Below are positions 14,187 to 28,822 of a stretch of DNA of 64,000 nucleotides, one piece after another. The translations under genes and the position numbers were made by a program. The DNA comes from Spironucleus salmonicida (taxonomy: Eukaryota): the NCBI RefSeq assembly GCF_000497125.1, contig NC_090600.1, forward strand, positions 372,001 to 436,000. Reading direction: 5' to 3'. The notes beneath the pieces were generated by a model, which worked only from the letters and a program-made list of their open reading frames with translations, searched no databases and had not been told where the DNA came from. How positions within the stretch are numbered: position 1 is the first letter of the stretch; every line of letters starts with the position of its first letter.

Positions 14187-15842
14187 ATGAATTTTGACGC
14201 TGAAGTCTCAAATTTCATTACAAAGCTACTAAATGAGGAAACTCCACATGAGAATAATCCACCCAAAGAATACAGCTATATCTAAGATGCAAACGAAAAG
14301 TAAGTCAAGACTACCCTTAATATTAAGCAAAAATATTAAGATTTAAAATTACAATATGATTTTCAGCTATCGGAGATCAACAGACTTACAACTTCATATA
14401 CAGATATTAAAGCCCAATTAATGTATAGTACAGAAAATTTTGAAAAAGATAAAAAAAATTAACTCGCAGAATTCAACTAAAAAATATCATCTTTTCAACA
14501 AATAACAAAGCAGAAAATCGACCAACTTTTGATAGAGAAAGAACAGCTAGCTGTTTAAAATACAGATTTTGCTAAGAAATACTAACTTCTCCAAGTATCT
14601 CTAAACGACAAAGTTTTTGATTAGAACAAGGACTTGAACAATCAATTCACGGCACTAAAACTTAATTTCGATTAAAAGCTTTAAAATGAGAAGTAAAAAC
14701 TGAAAAGAAAGTTCTAAACTGAATTTGAAGAAAAGTAATCATCCTTGTTGAAGCAAGCAGAAAATGATTTGGCAGTCAAAATTGAGCCACAAATCAATAA
14801 TATTGTAGCATCGCATAAGCTCAAAATTTAACAACTTAATGCAGATTTTACCGATGAAAAGCTGAAAATGTAGTAAAGTTTCAACGAAAAACTACAATTT
14901 GAATTAGAAAATCAAAGGAAAATTTTAATTTAGCAGAATATTCAAGAATAAGAATAAGTATTGAAATAACAGTATTTAAATGCAAATAAGTAGGTTGAAA
15001 ATGCTGAGCTGCATTTAAACTTCAAAATTCGTTAAATTAACGAAAATAATGAACTGAATATTGCTAATTTAAGAAAATAAAATTCTACTAATTTGGAAAA
15101 TGCTAGGCTTGAATTTTCAGAAAAAGAAACTAAATTTTAATCTAAAATTGATATTTTAGAGCGTCAAGGTGTAAAATTAGCAGACGATTTTCAAGCGCTC
15201 AAGGCAAAAATGGAAGCGAAATATAATACTGAACTACAAGAAATTCGTGGAAGTTATAGGGAATTTGCAGTATAACTCTTCAAACAGCAAAAATAGGCAA
15301 TTTTAAATGACATTAAGGAATAATAAACATCCTAAATTAAAAAAATCATAATAGATGTGGAAAGTCAAAATTAAATTGAAATGCAATAAAAATCTGATGA
15401 ATATCTTGAACAAAAGCTAGAATTTTAACGTATAATTGCAAATCTACAGAAAAATTTTTAAGAAGGGCAAATCGATTTGTTACAAGTACGTAACGAACTA
15501 GAAATGATCTAAAAGTAGCTCAATTATAAGAATCATTAATTAGTGGAGATCAGTACCCAATTAGAAACCAAATTGGGAGTAAATATTGAAATTCAGCAAG
15601 GTAAAAATGAAACTTTAAAGATGGCAACTGAGGACTAATATAGCACTATAATGATGTTTGTCATTAGATAAAATACTAAAGAAAAAGAGATTTTAGGTAA
15701 GGTCAAAAATCAAATTTAAGGAATTGTATCTGAAAAAGATTAACAAATTGGCGAGCTGAAATAGCAAATCGGGTTGCTACGGCTAGAAAATTAAAAATTT
15801 TAGGTTATGCTAATGGACTTAGAAGATGTCTCACTGATATGA
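14187..15842 (+). CDS. Coiled-coil protein (551 aa)
   Basis: Long E/K/Q/L-rich table 6 ORF MNFDAEVSNFITKLL...DLEDVSLI*. Confidence 0.8.
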
Positions 15843-15882
15843 AATATTAATCGATATATTATAATTAATATAAATAGGAAAA

Positions 15883-16833
15883 ATGAACTTTGTTCCAATA
15901 AATTGTAGGCTATTTCCACATTTTGAAAATGGTAAATTTTTTTGTTATGGTAAAAATAATGCGTATAATTGTGATCCGACAGATTATAAGATTATTAATG
16001 TTGTTAAAGTAGAGTTTAATTTTCAAAAAATATTTAATACTTTTCTTACATAGCCCGTTTTCTATTAAGATAAATTTTATTGCACTTATGATTAATATAT
16101 CTTTTAAATTAATGAGTATACTCTATCCATTTACGACAGACTACCATTTAAGACATTTAGAAATTAATTAGTAGTTGTTAACAAGATAATTTTAGTAAAT
16201 CCATACTAATTTGAACTATAAAATGACAATGTTATTGTAAAGGTTGGTAAAGGTATATTATTCTAATAGTCATATAAAATTTTTAACTTTGACCAGAATA
16301 CACTGACATTATTGTCTCCTGATTTCACACCCCTTGAAATGCAGTATGTTGGAGAACTTATCTTATATGGGTCTGGTTAAGCTGTTTTTAAAAAGAATAA
16401 TAAATATATTCTCAAATCTCTGCTTGATAATACTGAGTTTATTGCTGATAATTACGAAAATAATTATTATTATGGTATTTTTGGTGCGATTCCATAGGTA
16501 TCTTACTTTTCTTTAGACATTGAATATGTTTCAAGTAAGTATAATGAATTTGTTTAAAATTAAAAACTCAAAGAAACAATTTCCACACGAATTTAATTTT
16601 TTGTTGCTGAAAATATTGAAATAACAGAAAAAATAGCTTTAATAGATGAAAAATGGAAATAAATTGATAATGAGTTCAATAAGACATAAGTAGGTTTGTA
16701 TGGAATTTAATAAGAATTAAATGAGCTAAAATTTGATATTTAAGATGCAGTTTTAGAATAATAAACAAGGATAAATGAATTAAAGAAGTAATTTGAGGTT
16801 AAGCTTTTTAAAGAAAAAATAGGAATTAAGTGA
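15883..16833 (+). CDS. Hypothetical protein (316 aa), C-terminal coiled coil
   Basis: MNFVPINCRLFPHFENG...KEKIGIK*, stop in AGTGA. Confidence 0.7.
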
Positions 16834-17198
16834 TAAATTCTACTTCATTTACTAATTACATGTAATATTAATTATTTGTTCATTATCTATTTGAACTCTA
16901 TTGATTAGATTGAAATATGTATTTCGTCAATTTAAGCAAATAAATTTTCTATTTTTTAATTTATTAATACTATAGTATGTGTATCTTTCTTTATTGTCTT
17001 GACTAAATAATCTTAACTATTAGTTTACTATATCTGTTTTAAATTTCTATCATAAAACCCTAATGAAGTACTTGGTCTCATTTTTACATACATATTTTAA
17101 TATATAACTAAATAAATGCAATATTGCTTTAGACCAAGGTTGTAATTATAAACAAAAATATTATTATTTATTATATAATATAAATAATACTATTCGAA

Positions 17199-17756
17199 AT
17201 GATTTATTTACTATAAAATTGCTTTCTCTCATTCACAAATTTTAAGCAAGTGTAGACAGAGATAACATTAACTCTATTACCATAAGATATTGATTGCCAT
17301 TTAGACTTTGGAGTAGCTATATCAGCATCATTGAATATATTATAGCCAGAAATTTTATAATTTAGTACTGTTGAGTATACAGCCCATTAATAGATTAATT
17401 TAACTTTTAACTGTCATTAGGTTCCTGATGCAGTTTATTCAGCATGTGTTGATGTTCTAACATCGAAGTAAATACTACCAAAAGACACGTATATAAGATT
17501 AAGATAAATTGATGGTAGATAAGAATTAGTGTATGGATCAAATGGTCCTTCATCCTAATAAGATTTTTATGTCATAATTGCTATATTAGTCATTGTTTTA
17601 ATAATAATATCATTGGCGGTCATTGTATTTTTAGTTAAGAAGTATAAAAACAACAATATGTAGTAACCGTAATAGTGTAGTTAGATCATGAATTTAGAAA
17701 CGTTTTATGAAAACGAAACAGCATAGAGTGTTAGTTTCTTAAGCGACCCTGAATGA
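17199..17756 (+). CDS. Single-pass membrane protein (185 aa)
   Basis: MIYLLQNCFLSF...FYVIIAILVIVLIIISLAVIVFLVKKYK...SDPE*. Confidence 0.75.
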
Positions 17757-17818
17757 TTTGCACATCAAATTATATATAATAATAGTGTATAATTTTCCCT
17801 TCCCATTTCTAAAATTTA

Positions 17819-19765
<1,947 letters not shown>

Positions 19766-19780
19766 GCGAATTCGTATTAT

Positions 19781-20128
19781 TCACTGTTACTCACTCTTAT
19801 TTATCTATTTATACAATCCAGACCATGTTATACACTCAGACTAGTCGTCTAGAGTCTAACCTGTCTCATCATAGTTAACTTACGTACCAGCTAATTCAGT
19901 TAGTTATAATGTATTAAAATTGAATGTACCAGTGGTGAAATATTCTGAATTCTAATTCTCAATTCTATCAAAGCAAGATTAATTTACCATATTAAGATTT
20001 GTTTGAAATGGGTTGCTATCATTCATTATTATCTAGTTTTCTGAAATAGCAACTTTACTCTAACTTCCTTGTAGAAAACTTAAATCTACATCGTCTGTTT
20101 ACTAACAGTTTAAATACCCGCATCCCAT
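19781..20128 (-). CDS. Hypothetical protein (115 aa) with MGC N-terminus (possible dual acylation)
   Basis: MGCGYLNCQQTDD...NKSEQQ*, stop in AGTGA. Confidence 0.65.
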
Positions 20129-20233
20129 ATTTTAGAATCTGATCAGATATATGATAATATAATATAAAAGTTAAATTACGAATATTAAAAGTCGAATAAT
20201 TTAATAAATGTCAACAGGAGACTAATAGTAATT

Positions 20234-21009
20234 TTATAAATAATATATAATAATGTAAAGTCGCCCCCGAAGGAAAGCTAGTTACTGTAGCTGCAAAATT
20301 TCCGCTCACCACTCCTGCTTGTCCTGGGCACCGTCGCGGGATCTCCTCTCCTCCCTATCATCCCCGCGCGGTCTCTCCTCGTAGCGCGGTCTGTCCCTAT
20401 CGCCGTACCTGGGTCTATCCTCATACCTGGGCCTGTCACCACCCCTGGACCTATCTCTGTCCTCGTATCGGGGTCTGTCTCTATCCTCAAAGCGGGGTCT
20501 CCCCCTATCCTCGTATCTCGGTCTATCGTAGTCGCGCCTGCGATCGTCACCGCGGAAGTCGCGTCTAGGCCTGTCATCATAGCGTGGTCTATCGCGTTTC
20601 CTGCCGTCTCTGCCGTTGAGGATCATGTCCCACACCTTGGCCTCTTCCTCGCCAGTGACCATATCTAGGGTGACATCCTGGCAGCCGAGCGTGAGCGCCT
20701 CTGCCTGGTACTGCTCGATGGCATGCTTGGCCGCGTCCCCGCTTCTGTCTGAGAAGCGTACCGTGCATTCTAGCTGGCCAGCCCGATACTCCACGTGTTT
20801 CACCTCGCCGAATTTGCTGAATATCTCCTTGATCAGCTCCCTCGTCACACGCTGGTCCTTGAGCGCATTCGAGGCGGGGATAAAGCTGTCGTCAAACCTA
20901 CCTTCGGTCACACCCACGATTCCGATATTGCTGACGCGCACAATCAGGTTGCGGATGTAGTCATTCTTCCCTTCCATTCTGAGGAGTGGAGTGAGGATCG
21001 TCACCACGG
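20234..21009 (-). repeat. Inverted duplication unit B (partner 27039-27814)
   Basis: About 776 bp reverse-complement identity; coordinates sum to 48048. Confidence 0.95.
20306..20977 (-). CDS. xRRM (La/LARP7 RRM2-type) RNA-binding protein with Arg/Asp/Glu repeat tail, copy 1
   Basis: TRELIKEIFSKFGEVKHVEY...CTVRF...VTGEEEAKVWDMI matches the La C-terminal RRM pattern; DRPRYEDR repeats. Confidence 0.85.
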   Translation of the reverse strand: MEGKNDYIRNLIVRVSNIGIVGVTEGRFDDSFIPASNALKDQRVTRELIKEIFSKFGEVKHVEYRAGQLECTVRFSDRSGDAAKHAIEQYQAEALTLGCQDVTLDMVTGEEEAKVWDMILNGRDGRKRDRPRYDDRPRRDFRGDDRRRDYDRPRYEDRGRPRFEDRDRPRYEDRDRSRGGDRPRYEDRPRYGDRDRPRYEERPRGDDREERRSRDGAQDKQEW

Positions 21010-21484
21010 GACAAGATTGGGTAGAGCTATTATTTGATAGGCAAACAATGTTAAGATTAATATTAAATAGCAATTTTAGCTAAAATATAATTTTATATAT
21101 TTAAGTCTACATAAGTTTAATTCATAGTTAAAATAATTTATCTATCCTTAGATAACTTACTTTTGTTATAAATGAGTAAAAATCAAATTAATTTATAAAT
21201 ATTTGATAAAAAATTCCCTATTTGCGTAATTAAACGTTATTCAAATAGTGGTGGTCGAAGAAGTATCTCCTGCGTTCCTCAGCCGGAGCAGGTGCTGATC
21301 TTCTTTGTCTTGAACAGAGACTGGGGCTCAGTCGTTGACCCGCGAAGCGCTGCCCCAAGTTCATGCATCAAGACCGAAGCCGACGCGATCCCTTACGCTC
21401 CTATAGTCATGTCAACAAAGAAGTGGATGTTAATATTTATATCGTTATTATATAAATATAGTTAATTAAAATACTTTATTATTG

Positions 21485-24400
21485 TCATTCTTTTTACTCT
21501 AAAGCCCTGTAACATTTTTCTACTGCATTACCAACGACCTATTTTTAACCTAAACAGGATCTTAAAACTGCGCTGTTAACTAATCTACCGACAGACTACA
21601 GACTCTCTATTAGACATGATATAACGGTTTCCACATTTTCAAGCAAATAAAAAGTATCTTTTTCTGAAATAACTTCTTCCAAAATCTCTCGTATATTGCT
21701 ATCAAAAATATTTTTGGGTGTCAATCCAATTTTCTCTATCGCATTTTCTAAACTACAAATACTCAAATTTTCGCTTTAAATAATTTCATTTAATGATTAA
21801 AATTCGCCAAAAATAATTGTTTCTGCTAATTATTTGAAGGTTAAGCTTTTTATTTTTTAGCAAGCCACACGAGAAAATGAACTAAAATCATGATATCTAG
21901 CAAAAATTCTACAAACCTAATGAGATGTTTCTTCATTATAATTAATAACTTAAAAGAATCTATTTCTAGTTTCATAAAATTATTAAACTTGGTCTGTTTA
22001 TGATGTGTAAATGTAATTTAAAAATAAAAATCCATCTAAAATATTAAGTGAATTAATATTAAATTAGTTAATAAAAGTGTTTAAAAGTTATTAAAGTATG
22101 GGCAAAGCGGAAAAAATCCATGTTGGATGGTCTGCCAAAGATATAATATCGAGAGATGATAAATTTTATAAACGTTAAGAAAGTATTACCTAAATATAGC
22201 TTCCTGTTAATTGTTAGTATAAGCCATTTTATGGTTAATTTTATAGTAATTACTATAACGACTTTAAAAAGAATAAGTCATTATCTACTTAAATAAATAA
22301 ATTAGAAAGTCCTGCTTCAAAAGGACTTAGTTTTTCGCTTATTTGATTACGCATAAAAATTACATCTGAGTGTGCAGAATTTTTACTTAAAAATTCAAAA
22401 TTTTTAGATATTTCATACTCAAAATGACATACATGATCAATATTAATATATATATTGTCAATTAACACACTTAAAATTGAATCAACACCAGATGTTGCAT
22501 CGAAAAATTATCTTATTAATTATTTTGTTACTGATGGAAGTTAATTATAGATATTAATTTCTCCTAAAAAATATATAAGCAATAAAATATCTCTTTATTT
22601 CGAAAGGTTAGCCGATCTATACTAATTTAACAATTTTTAATGATCTAATAGTTACTTTTCACCACTTTTAAGTTCAAAAATATTGACTTATCTAGCCCAA
22701 TTCGAGTCAGATTTATAGTCGATAACAGATTTTTTAGCCAGCTACTATATTAAAACTTCAATATCTTATGAGCTTATTTACTCAGGATTCATAGGTAACA
22801 GAACTTCATTTCTCAAGTAATTCTAAAAATTAATTTGCAACAATTATTATACACTCATATCCTTGTAATTAAAATTCGTTTTAGCCGAAAAACTCCGCAA
22901 AACATACTTTGCTGTGATATTCTCATTTTTATTTAACATACTTTTAATACGTGAAAAATCATTGAAATTTGCTGAAATCAAAAATGTTTTCTCGCTTTTC
23001 TACATAATACAGAAAACTGAGCTGGAAATTGCATTTTTAAGCAACAATTAGTTGTTTTTAATTTGCTCCATTGGTAGCAAGCAAAATGCAGAAACTGAAG
23101 GGAAAATTATATTTTCTAATCCTTTTTCTTCTTTTTTGTCATCAAAAATGCTTTTCGCAAGAGAAAATTCTGAAAATCTAACAGATTTTAATAAATTGAC
23201 ACTCTAATTCAGTTTTTCTTTCTTTTCGTCAAATATTATCTCTCGACAATTTTACAATTAGAAATGCACCGAGTTTGCGTATGTTTAAGTGAAAAACAGC
23301 TTTTCTAATTTATTTTAAATCCGTAAAGTTGTTGGGCCTCTGTCTTATCCATTACTTTCAAACATTAGTAATTTTCGCATACCAATTAATTCACTTGCAA
23401 TATTTCTATATTCTGAAGGTATTCTAGAAAGAATTCTTCTCCGCTCAATTAAAGGCTTTTTAACAATTTTTTATAATATCTCATCAAAATTCACCTAGTT
23501 TACTGAGATCTTATGATCAAAATTTTAAATCTCTAATTAAAATTAAATTATTTTAGAATCAAAACATAGAAGAAAATTATAGTTTGTCGAAAGTAAAACA
23601 GGAGATAGATTAGGAAATTATGATAATTTTAACACTCTTTATGTGGAGTAAGAATAGTTGGTGAAATATTCATTAATTTAGTCTATTGATGTTTCTTGAT
23701 TAATATTAATTTTAGAAGTATTTAATGCTGATTTTGACAAACTTTGATTTTGCTAGGTTGTAAATGTTAAATTTAATTTTTTATTAACAAATGTTGCAGT
23801 TAGCAATACAAATTTTGATGTAGATAAATCTGATCTTGGAATCATTAATGTTAATATAGTATACTAAGTTATAATTAAATTTTTGCTTGTTTCCATATTT
23901 TAAATTTAAGGTTGCTAATATGTTATATCAAAAGGAATAAAATAGTGAGTAATGTTATCAAGCTTGCGAGTTCCTTCCTAACTAAATGATGTAAAAGAAG
24001 ATCGTGAAATAAAAGAAAAAGTAGGGCACGCCGAAAATAGATCCTACAGTTTAATTATTTTTTTCTAAAATTAATTGTAAATAACAGTTATTTATTATTC
24101 TGATAATATAACTTATAAACTATTAAATTATTTTTATTATAATACGAGATCTTCTTCAAGCTAAACTTTTTCCGCTTCTATTTATAATTCTTAGACTACC
24201 GATTTTTCCATTTTTTCAAAAATTTCAAAGTACAGTGGATCAGATGTATCTTTCATAGATCTTTTATTTATTTTATCTTTCTTTTTAAATGCTTAGTTTC
24301 TCGTTTTAAGCATCTCTTGTAGAATAAGAGGAGGCTATGCTAATAAATCAGTATCATTACCAAATAATGACTTCTTGACTAAGTTTAATAGATTGAACTT

Positions 24401-24850
24401 TTCCTTAATATAAATAATTGTACCATCGTCGTATATTACTCGACCTTAATTAGTTTAAGTTCCTGCAAGTTTCTCATTTAAGGCCAGATGTATCATATAA
24501 TGCTCATTAGGAAGAAATTTTTGTGGTATATGTTGCAAACTTAATGGATATTGTGCAATATATCCATTTTCTGTTGTAACTATTGGAATATTGTTACTAT
24601 CAAAATGAACAGAGGGTGTATTTGTTGAAAATATATCTGATCTTAATATCTGTGTACAGGTAAGTGAGGATATCATGCATAATCCAGGTGCAGATGCCGA
24701 TACTAAAGGAAAATCGGTCGCACTTTTTGATGAGTGGATTCTATATTCAACTTACTTATTCTCATTTGAAAATTGAGTAAGTTGATAAGGTAACTAACCT
24801 AAGATCTTTATTTGATGTTCCTTAGTTGCAACTAAGAATTTCTGCTCCAT
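21485..24850 (-). CDS. Large hypothetical protein (1121 aa)
   Basis: MEQKFLVATKEHQ...CYRALEQKE*; no in-frame TGA found on a line-by-line check. Confidence 0.8.
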
Positions 24851-24932
24851 ATTTTAGAAAGGTAGAAATATTTTAGGATAACTAATAAATATGTATATAA
24901 TAATTGTTTATATAAAAGTTACTTACTTTACT

Positions 24933-27047
24933 ATGAATTAATATAAATCATATGGCTTTATTCATACAAAATATTGTAGATATCTACATTATAAAATGCA
25001 TGAAACTCCAATTGAAGAAATTAGAAGATCAAAAAGTATAAATGCTAGATAACTACACTCTTATTTCGGTATTGATGTATCCATGCTATTTCAATTAGAT
25101 TTATTTATGGCTCTTTGGTTCATTGTTGTATTTATATGTTACCTTCCTTTTATAATATCTTTTGCATCATTTGACTGGGGAGGGTAAAACTTCATAATAT
25201 AACCGGAATATACGGTTGAAATGTACCTATCAATATCAAATTTTCATTGTTATATTTGGTATATAGTTATTATGTCAACATAAATTATCACATAATTTTT
25301 CAGAAGAATTAGGCGAATTTAAGATTGCAAAGAAAGTCTTTTACCTTAAGTGTAAGATTATTCTCTTATTATATATAATATTAATTAGAATACATCAAAC
25401 AACTAAGTGTTTAGATTATTGATAAGTTTATGCCCATTTGTTATTATAAGAGATATAGTTAGAGTAAAGTAACCTAGCCTATATAAACTATAACAATAAT
25501 TTATTAATATATAAAAAGATTATTATAACTAACTGTAATTTCATGTAGAAAATTTAAGCTTTAATGGAAGCAATAGTTATAAATTATTATCCAATCATCA
25601 TTTATTATTCAATATTATCTAAAAAGTAGGTTTTTATCATGACTTTTAATGGTACGAGTCTAAATTACATTCACTGTAAAATAAAATTAATACGTAAGCT
25701 AAAGCTAAAAGTAGTGAATCTGATGCGGCTATTATTATTTTTGAAACCATACAAATGCGAGAAAATATACTTAGATTGCTGTATAATTAAAAGTTAGATA
25801 ATAATATACTAAAATCAACCAGAAGTTATAACCCAAAAGATATAATATATCACAACCTTTCAAAAAAAATAAATGATAAACATAAAAAAGAACTTTTAAC
25901 TTATTTAATAATTATTATTGTAAGTATTTTATAATTTATACTAATGGCAGTCATAAGAGACTAAGCTGATAAGTTTACAGAAAAGTAATATGGGTTTATT
26001 AACTAAACAGCTGGCCTGTGTTTAGGATTAATTTAAATGATAATTGGAGATTGGACATTACGCTCAATTTTATTTTGGGCAATCTAATATGAAGGTCATA
26101 CAACATATTCATCTAAAGAAAAATCATGGATTGTTAAATTCTATATTTTTAACCTATTTAATAGATTATCAGTAGTTTACTATAAAAATTTTACTTTATA
26201 TTTTTCTGATAAAAAGAATCATTACTATGATTTCTTTAATATTTTTACTAAAAATAGATTTTGGAGATTTAGTGGAGGACATATTGGTATAAATTTACTA
26301 TCAGTGTTAGCAGTATTTACATTCATTTAAAATTTTGCAAATATTTGTCTTCAAATAATAATTAAAGGCTATTTATTTTTGATAAATAAGTCATCTAATG
26401 GACAAAATTAATATGATCTAGGAGGAACAATACGGTATTCATCAATTTATGTCTAACATCTAGTAGTATTTACTTTGACACTAACTTTTGGATTTGAGTA
26501 ACCATATTTATTATTACTGGCAACGCTTTTTTATGTAATTTAGTTTTTCACGCTGAAATATGTCTAAGCTAAAGTAAGTCGACCGCCACCTTCTTATAAT
26601 GGATTATGCTGTTAGGCAGAAAAAATTCAATCTTTTATTTGTATTGGAAGCGTCTTAGGCATTATTCAATATAATTATGAGGATAACTCTTACATATATT
26701 GGATTCCTCTAATAATGGTTTCGTTTATATTATATTAGTTTACTAATTCACGCATATTTACAATATTTATAAAGAAATTTTTAAATACAGAATAGGGTAA
26801 ATTAATATCTATGCGAGAAGAAGATGAACTTCTACATAAAATATAAAATGCACCACCATTTACTTTATTATGCAATGTGGATAATTATGTAATAACAGTA
26901 CCTTTTTCATAAACTAAGCTAGAATAATTATATGATCGTATCCTAGAGTTAAAGCAATAATTTAAAATTTAATCATTCACCAGTTGTACAAAGATTTTAG
27001 CATGGGCATCTTAGTCGGGTCATGCTGATCTTTGTGCACCGTGGTGA
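24933..27047 (+). CDS. OSCA/TMEM63 (CSC1/RSN1) family mechanosensitive cation channel, 704 aa
   Basis: Multi-TM; FGIDVSMLF, DYSLIIYNI, DAAIIIFE, NPKDIIYHNL, YEGHTTYSSKEKSWIVKFYIF, PYLLLLATLFYVIQFFTLKY follow the OSCA motif order. Confidence 0.75.
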
Positions 27048-27050
27048 CGA

Positions 27051-27070
27051 TCCTCACTCCACTCCTCAGA
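27051..27070 (+). promoter_or_regulatory. C-rich start-proximal promoter-like motif (representative)
   Basis: TCCTCACTCCACTCCTCAGA-ATG. Similar CCACTC/CCACTT/CCGCTC tracts precede ATGs at 11571, 12036, 29413, 43078 and 55433, and precede the U3 gene. Confidence 0.6.
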
Positions 27071-27742
27071 ATGGAAGGGAAGAATGACTACATCCGCAAC
27101 CTGATTGTGCGCGTCAGCAATATCGGAATCGTGGGTGTGACCGAAGGTAGGTTTGACGACAGCTTTATCCCCGCCTCGAATGCGCTCAAGGACCAGCGTG
27201 TGACGAGGGAGCTGATCAAGGAGATATTCAGCAAATTCGGCGAGGTGAAACACGTGGAGTATCGGGCTGGCCAGCTAGAATGCACGGTACGCTTCTCAGA
27301 CAGAAGCGGGGACGCGGCCAAGCATGCCATCGAGCAGTACCAGGCAGAGGCGCTCACGCTCGGCTGCCAGGATGTCACCCTAGATATGGTCACTGGCGAG
27401 GAAGAGGCCAAGGTGTGGGACATGATCCTCAACGGCAGAGACGGCAGGAAACGCGATAGACCACGCTATGATGACAGGCCTAGACGCGACTTCCGCGGTG
27501 ACGATCGCAGGCGCGACTACGATAGACCGAGATACGAGGATAGGGGGAGACCCCGCTTTGAGGATAGAGACAGACCCCGATACGAGGACAGAGATAGGTC
27601 CAGGGGTGGTGACAGGCCCAGGTATGAGGATAGACCCAGGTACGGCGATAGGGACAGACCGCGCTACGAGGAGAGACCGCGCGGGGATGATAGGGAGGAG
27701 AGGAGATCCCGCGACGGTGCCCAGGACAAGCAGGAGTGGTGA
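27071..27742 (+). CDS. xRRM RNA-binding protein with RD/RE repeat tail, copy 2 (223 aa)
   Basis: Same protein sequence as 20306-20977. Confidence 0.85.
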   Translation: MEGKNDYIRNLIVRVSNIGIVGVTEGRFDDSFIPASNALKDQRVTRELIKEIFSKFGEVKHVEYRAGQLECTVRFSDRSGDAAKHAIEQYQAEALTLGCQDVTLDMVTGEEEAKVWDMILNGRDGRKRDRPRYDDRPRRDFRGDDRRRDYDRPRYEDRGRPRFEDRDRPRYEDRDRSRGGDRPRYEDRPRYGDRDRPRYEERPRGDDREERRSRDGAQDKQEW

Positions 27743-27830
27743 GCGGAAATTTTGCAGCTACAGTAACTAGCTTTCCTTCGGGGGCGACTTTACATTATTA
27801 TATATTATTTATAATATATCGTTTCAGCGC

Positions 27831-28148
27831 ATGAGCTATGAATATGATCCAGCTTTAGATAGATACATTCTACCTTAGCCACCGCTAAAACTTTTTCGTT
27901 TTACTAATTAAAAATTTAAACCTTCGCACTATGAGTCAAGACCATTTATTCATCCAAGAACTAAATCAACTCCTACTACTACGTAAAATATCTTTATTCG
28001 GTCTTCATAAAATCGCCGTATACCTCTCAATCTAGACAGAAAATTATATCAGCCAAAATAAGTTATTTAAAAGGATAAGATAGATGAATTTTCATAGAAA
28101 ATGTAGATGTCAAACTATAAAAAACCTTCTAAAGATTGGTAATAGTGA
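27831..28148 (+). CDS. Hypothetical basic protein (105 aa)
   Basis: MSYEYDPALDRYILPQPP...KKPSKDWQQ*, stop in AGTGA. Confidence 0.6.
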
Positions 28149-28162
28149 GTAAAACAAATATT

Positions 28163-28777
28163 TCACTGGCACATCGCTAGCCTGTCCTTGATCTGCTTCG
28201 GCGTCTCGGTGGGCTCCATGTCGAGCTCTTTGAAGAGTTGCGTGCGGGACTTCTCGAGTCCCTCGCCAATCGCGTCGAGGCCCTCGAAGAGCTGCACCTA
28301 CCTGGTTTTCCACTCGACTAGAAGCTTCTTCAGCATTTTCTTGCAGCCTGTCATCTGCTCGTTGCTGATAACCTCGTCGGCCTCGGTAACGGTAATCAGT
28401 GATAGTCTCTTCTGCACCTGGGCTACCTCGTCCCTGAGCTGTGCCTCCGACTTGACGTTCTGGAGCTGCGTCTGCTCTGCCTTCAGTTGGGCTACGTCGG
28501 CCTGCAGTGCCTTGATCGTGTCGGCGTAGTCAGCATTCTGCTGCTTGAGGGCGTCCAGCTCGCCCTCCGGTATCGGGGTGATGAGCGCCTGGTTGTACAC
28601 GTAGAGCTTGCCGGACTTGCCGACCTGCAGGAAGGTGACCTTCTGGTCGGCGACGAGCTTGTCGAGGGCGCGCTGGACGAAGGTCTTGGAGTACTTGGAG
28701 GCGGTGAAGTTGATGACGGTCTGGAGGGAGAAGGGGGAGTTGTTCTGGGCGAAGAGCTGCAGGATCTCCTGCTCCAT
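28163..28777 (-). CDS. HOP2: Hop2/TBPIP meiotic recombination protein (204 aa), copy 1
   Basis: ILQLFAQNNSPFSLQTV...KTFVQRALDKLV...GKSGKLYVYNQ winged helix plus coiled coil and WKTR; reads through TAG to an AGTGA stop. Confidence 0.85.
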
Positions 28778-28822
28778 TGGGAGCGCTGCGCCGTCCGGGC
28801 CTGCGCCCTACCCAAATTGTAT

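Larger units (their letters stand above)
27039..27814 (+). repeat. Inverted duplication unit B' (partner 20234-21009)
   Basis: Begins within the last three codons of the OSCA gene (CCG TGG TGA). Confidence 0.95.

Noticed and set aside
21270-21295. Minus-strand C-S-G-TGA-G resembling the SelW CxxU motif (TGA at 21279-21281)
   Set aside because: Flanking sequence does not resemble an Rdx/SelW fold, and no SECIS-like hairpin is seen downstream.
21275-21300. CGGAGCAGGTGCTGATC resembling 7SL/SRP RNA
   Set aside because: No GNRA-capped helix 8 or long SRP stem; treated as a chance match.
27455-27700. Tandem ~24-nt repeats resembling an array
   Set aside because: Coding repeats (DRPRYEDR) of the xRRM protein; no spacer structure, so not CRISPR.
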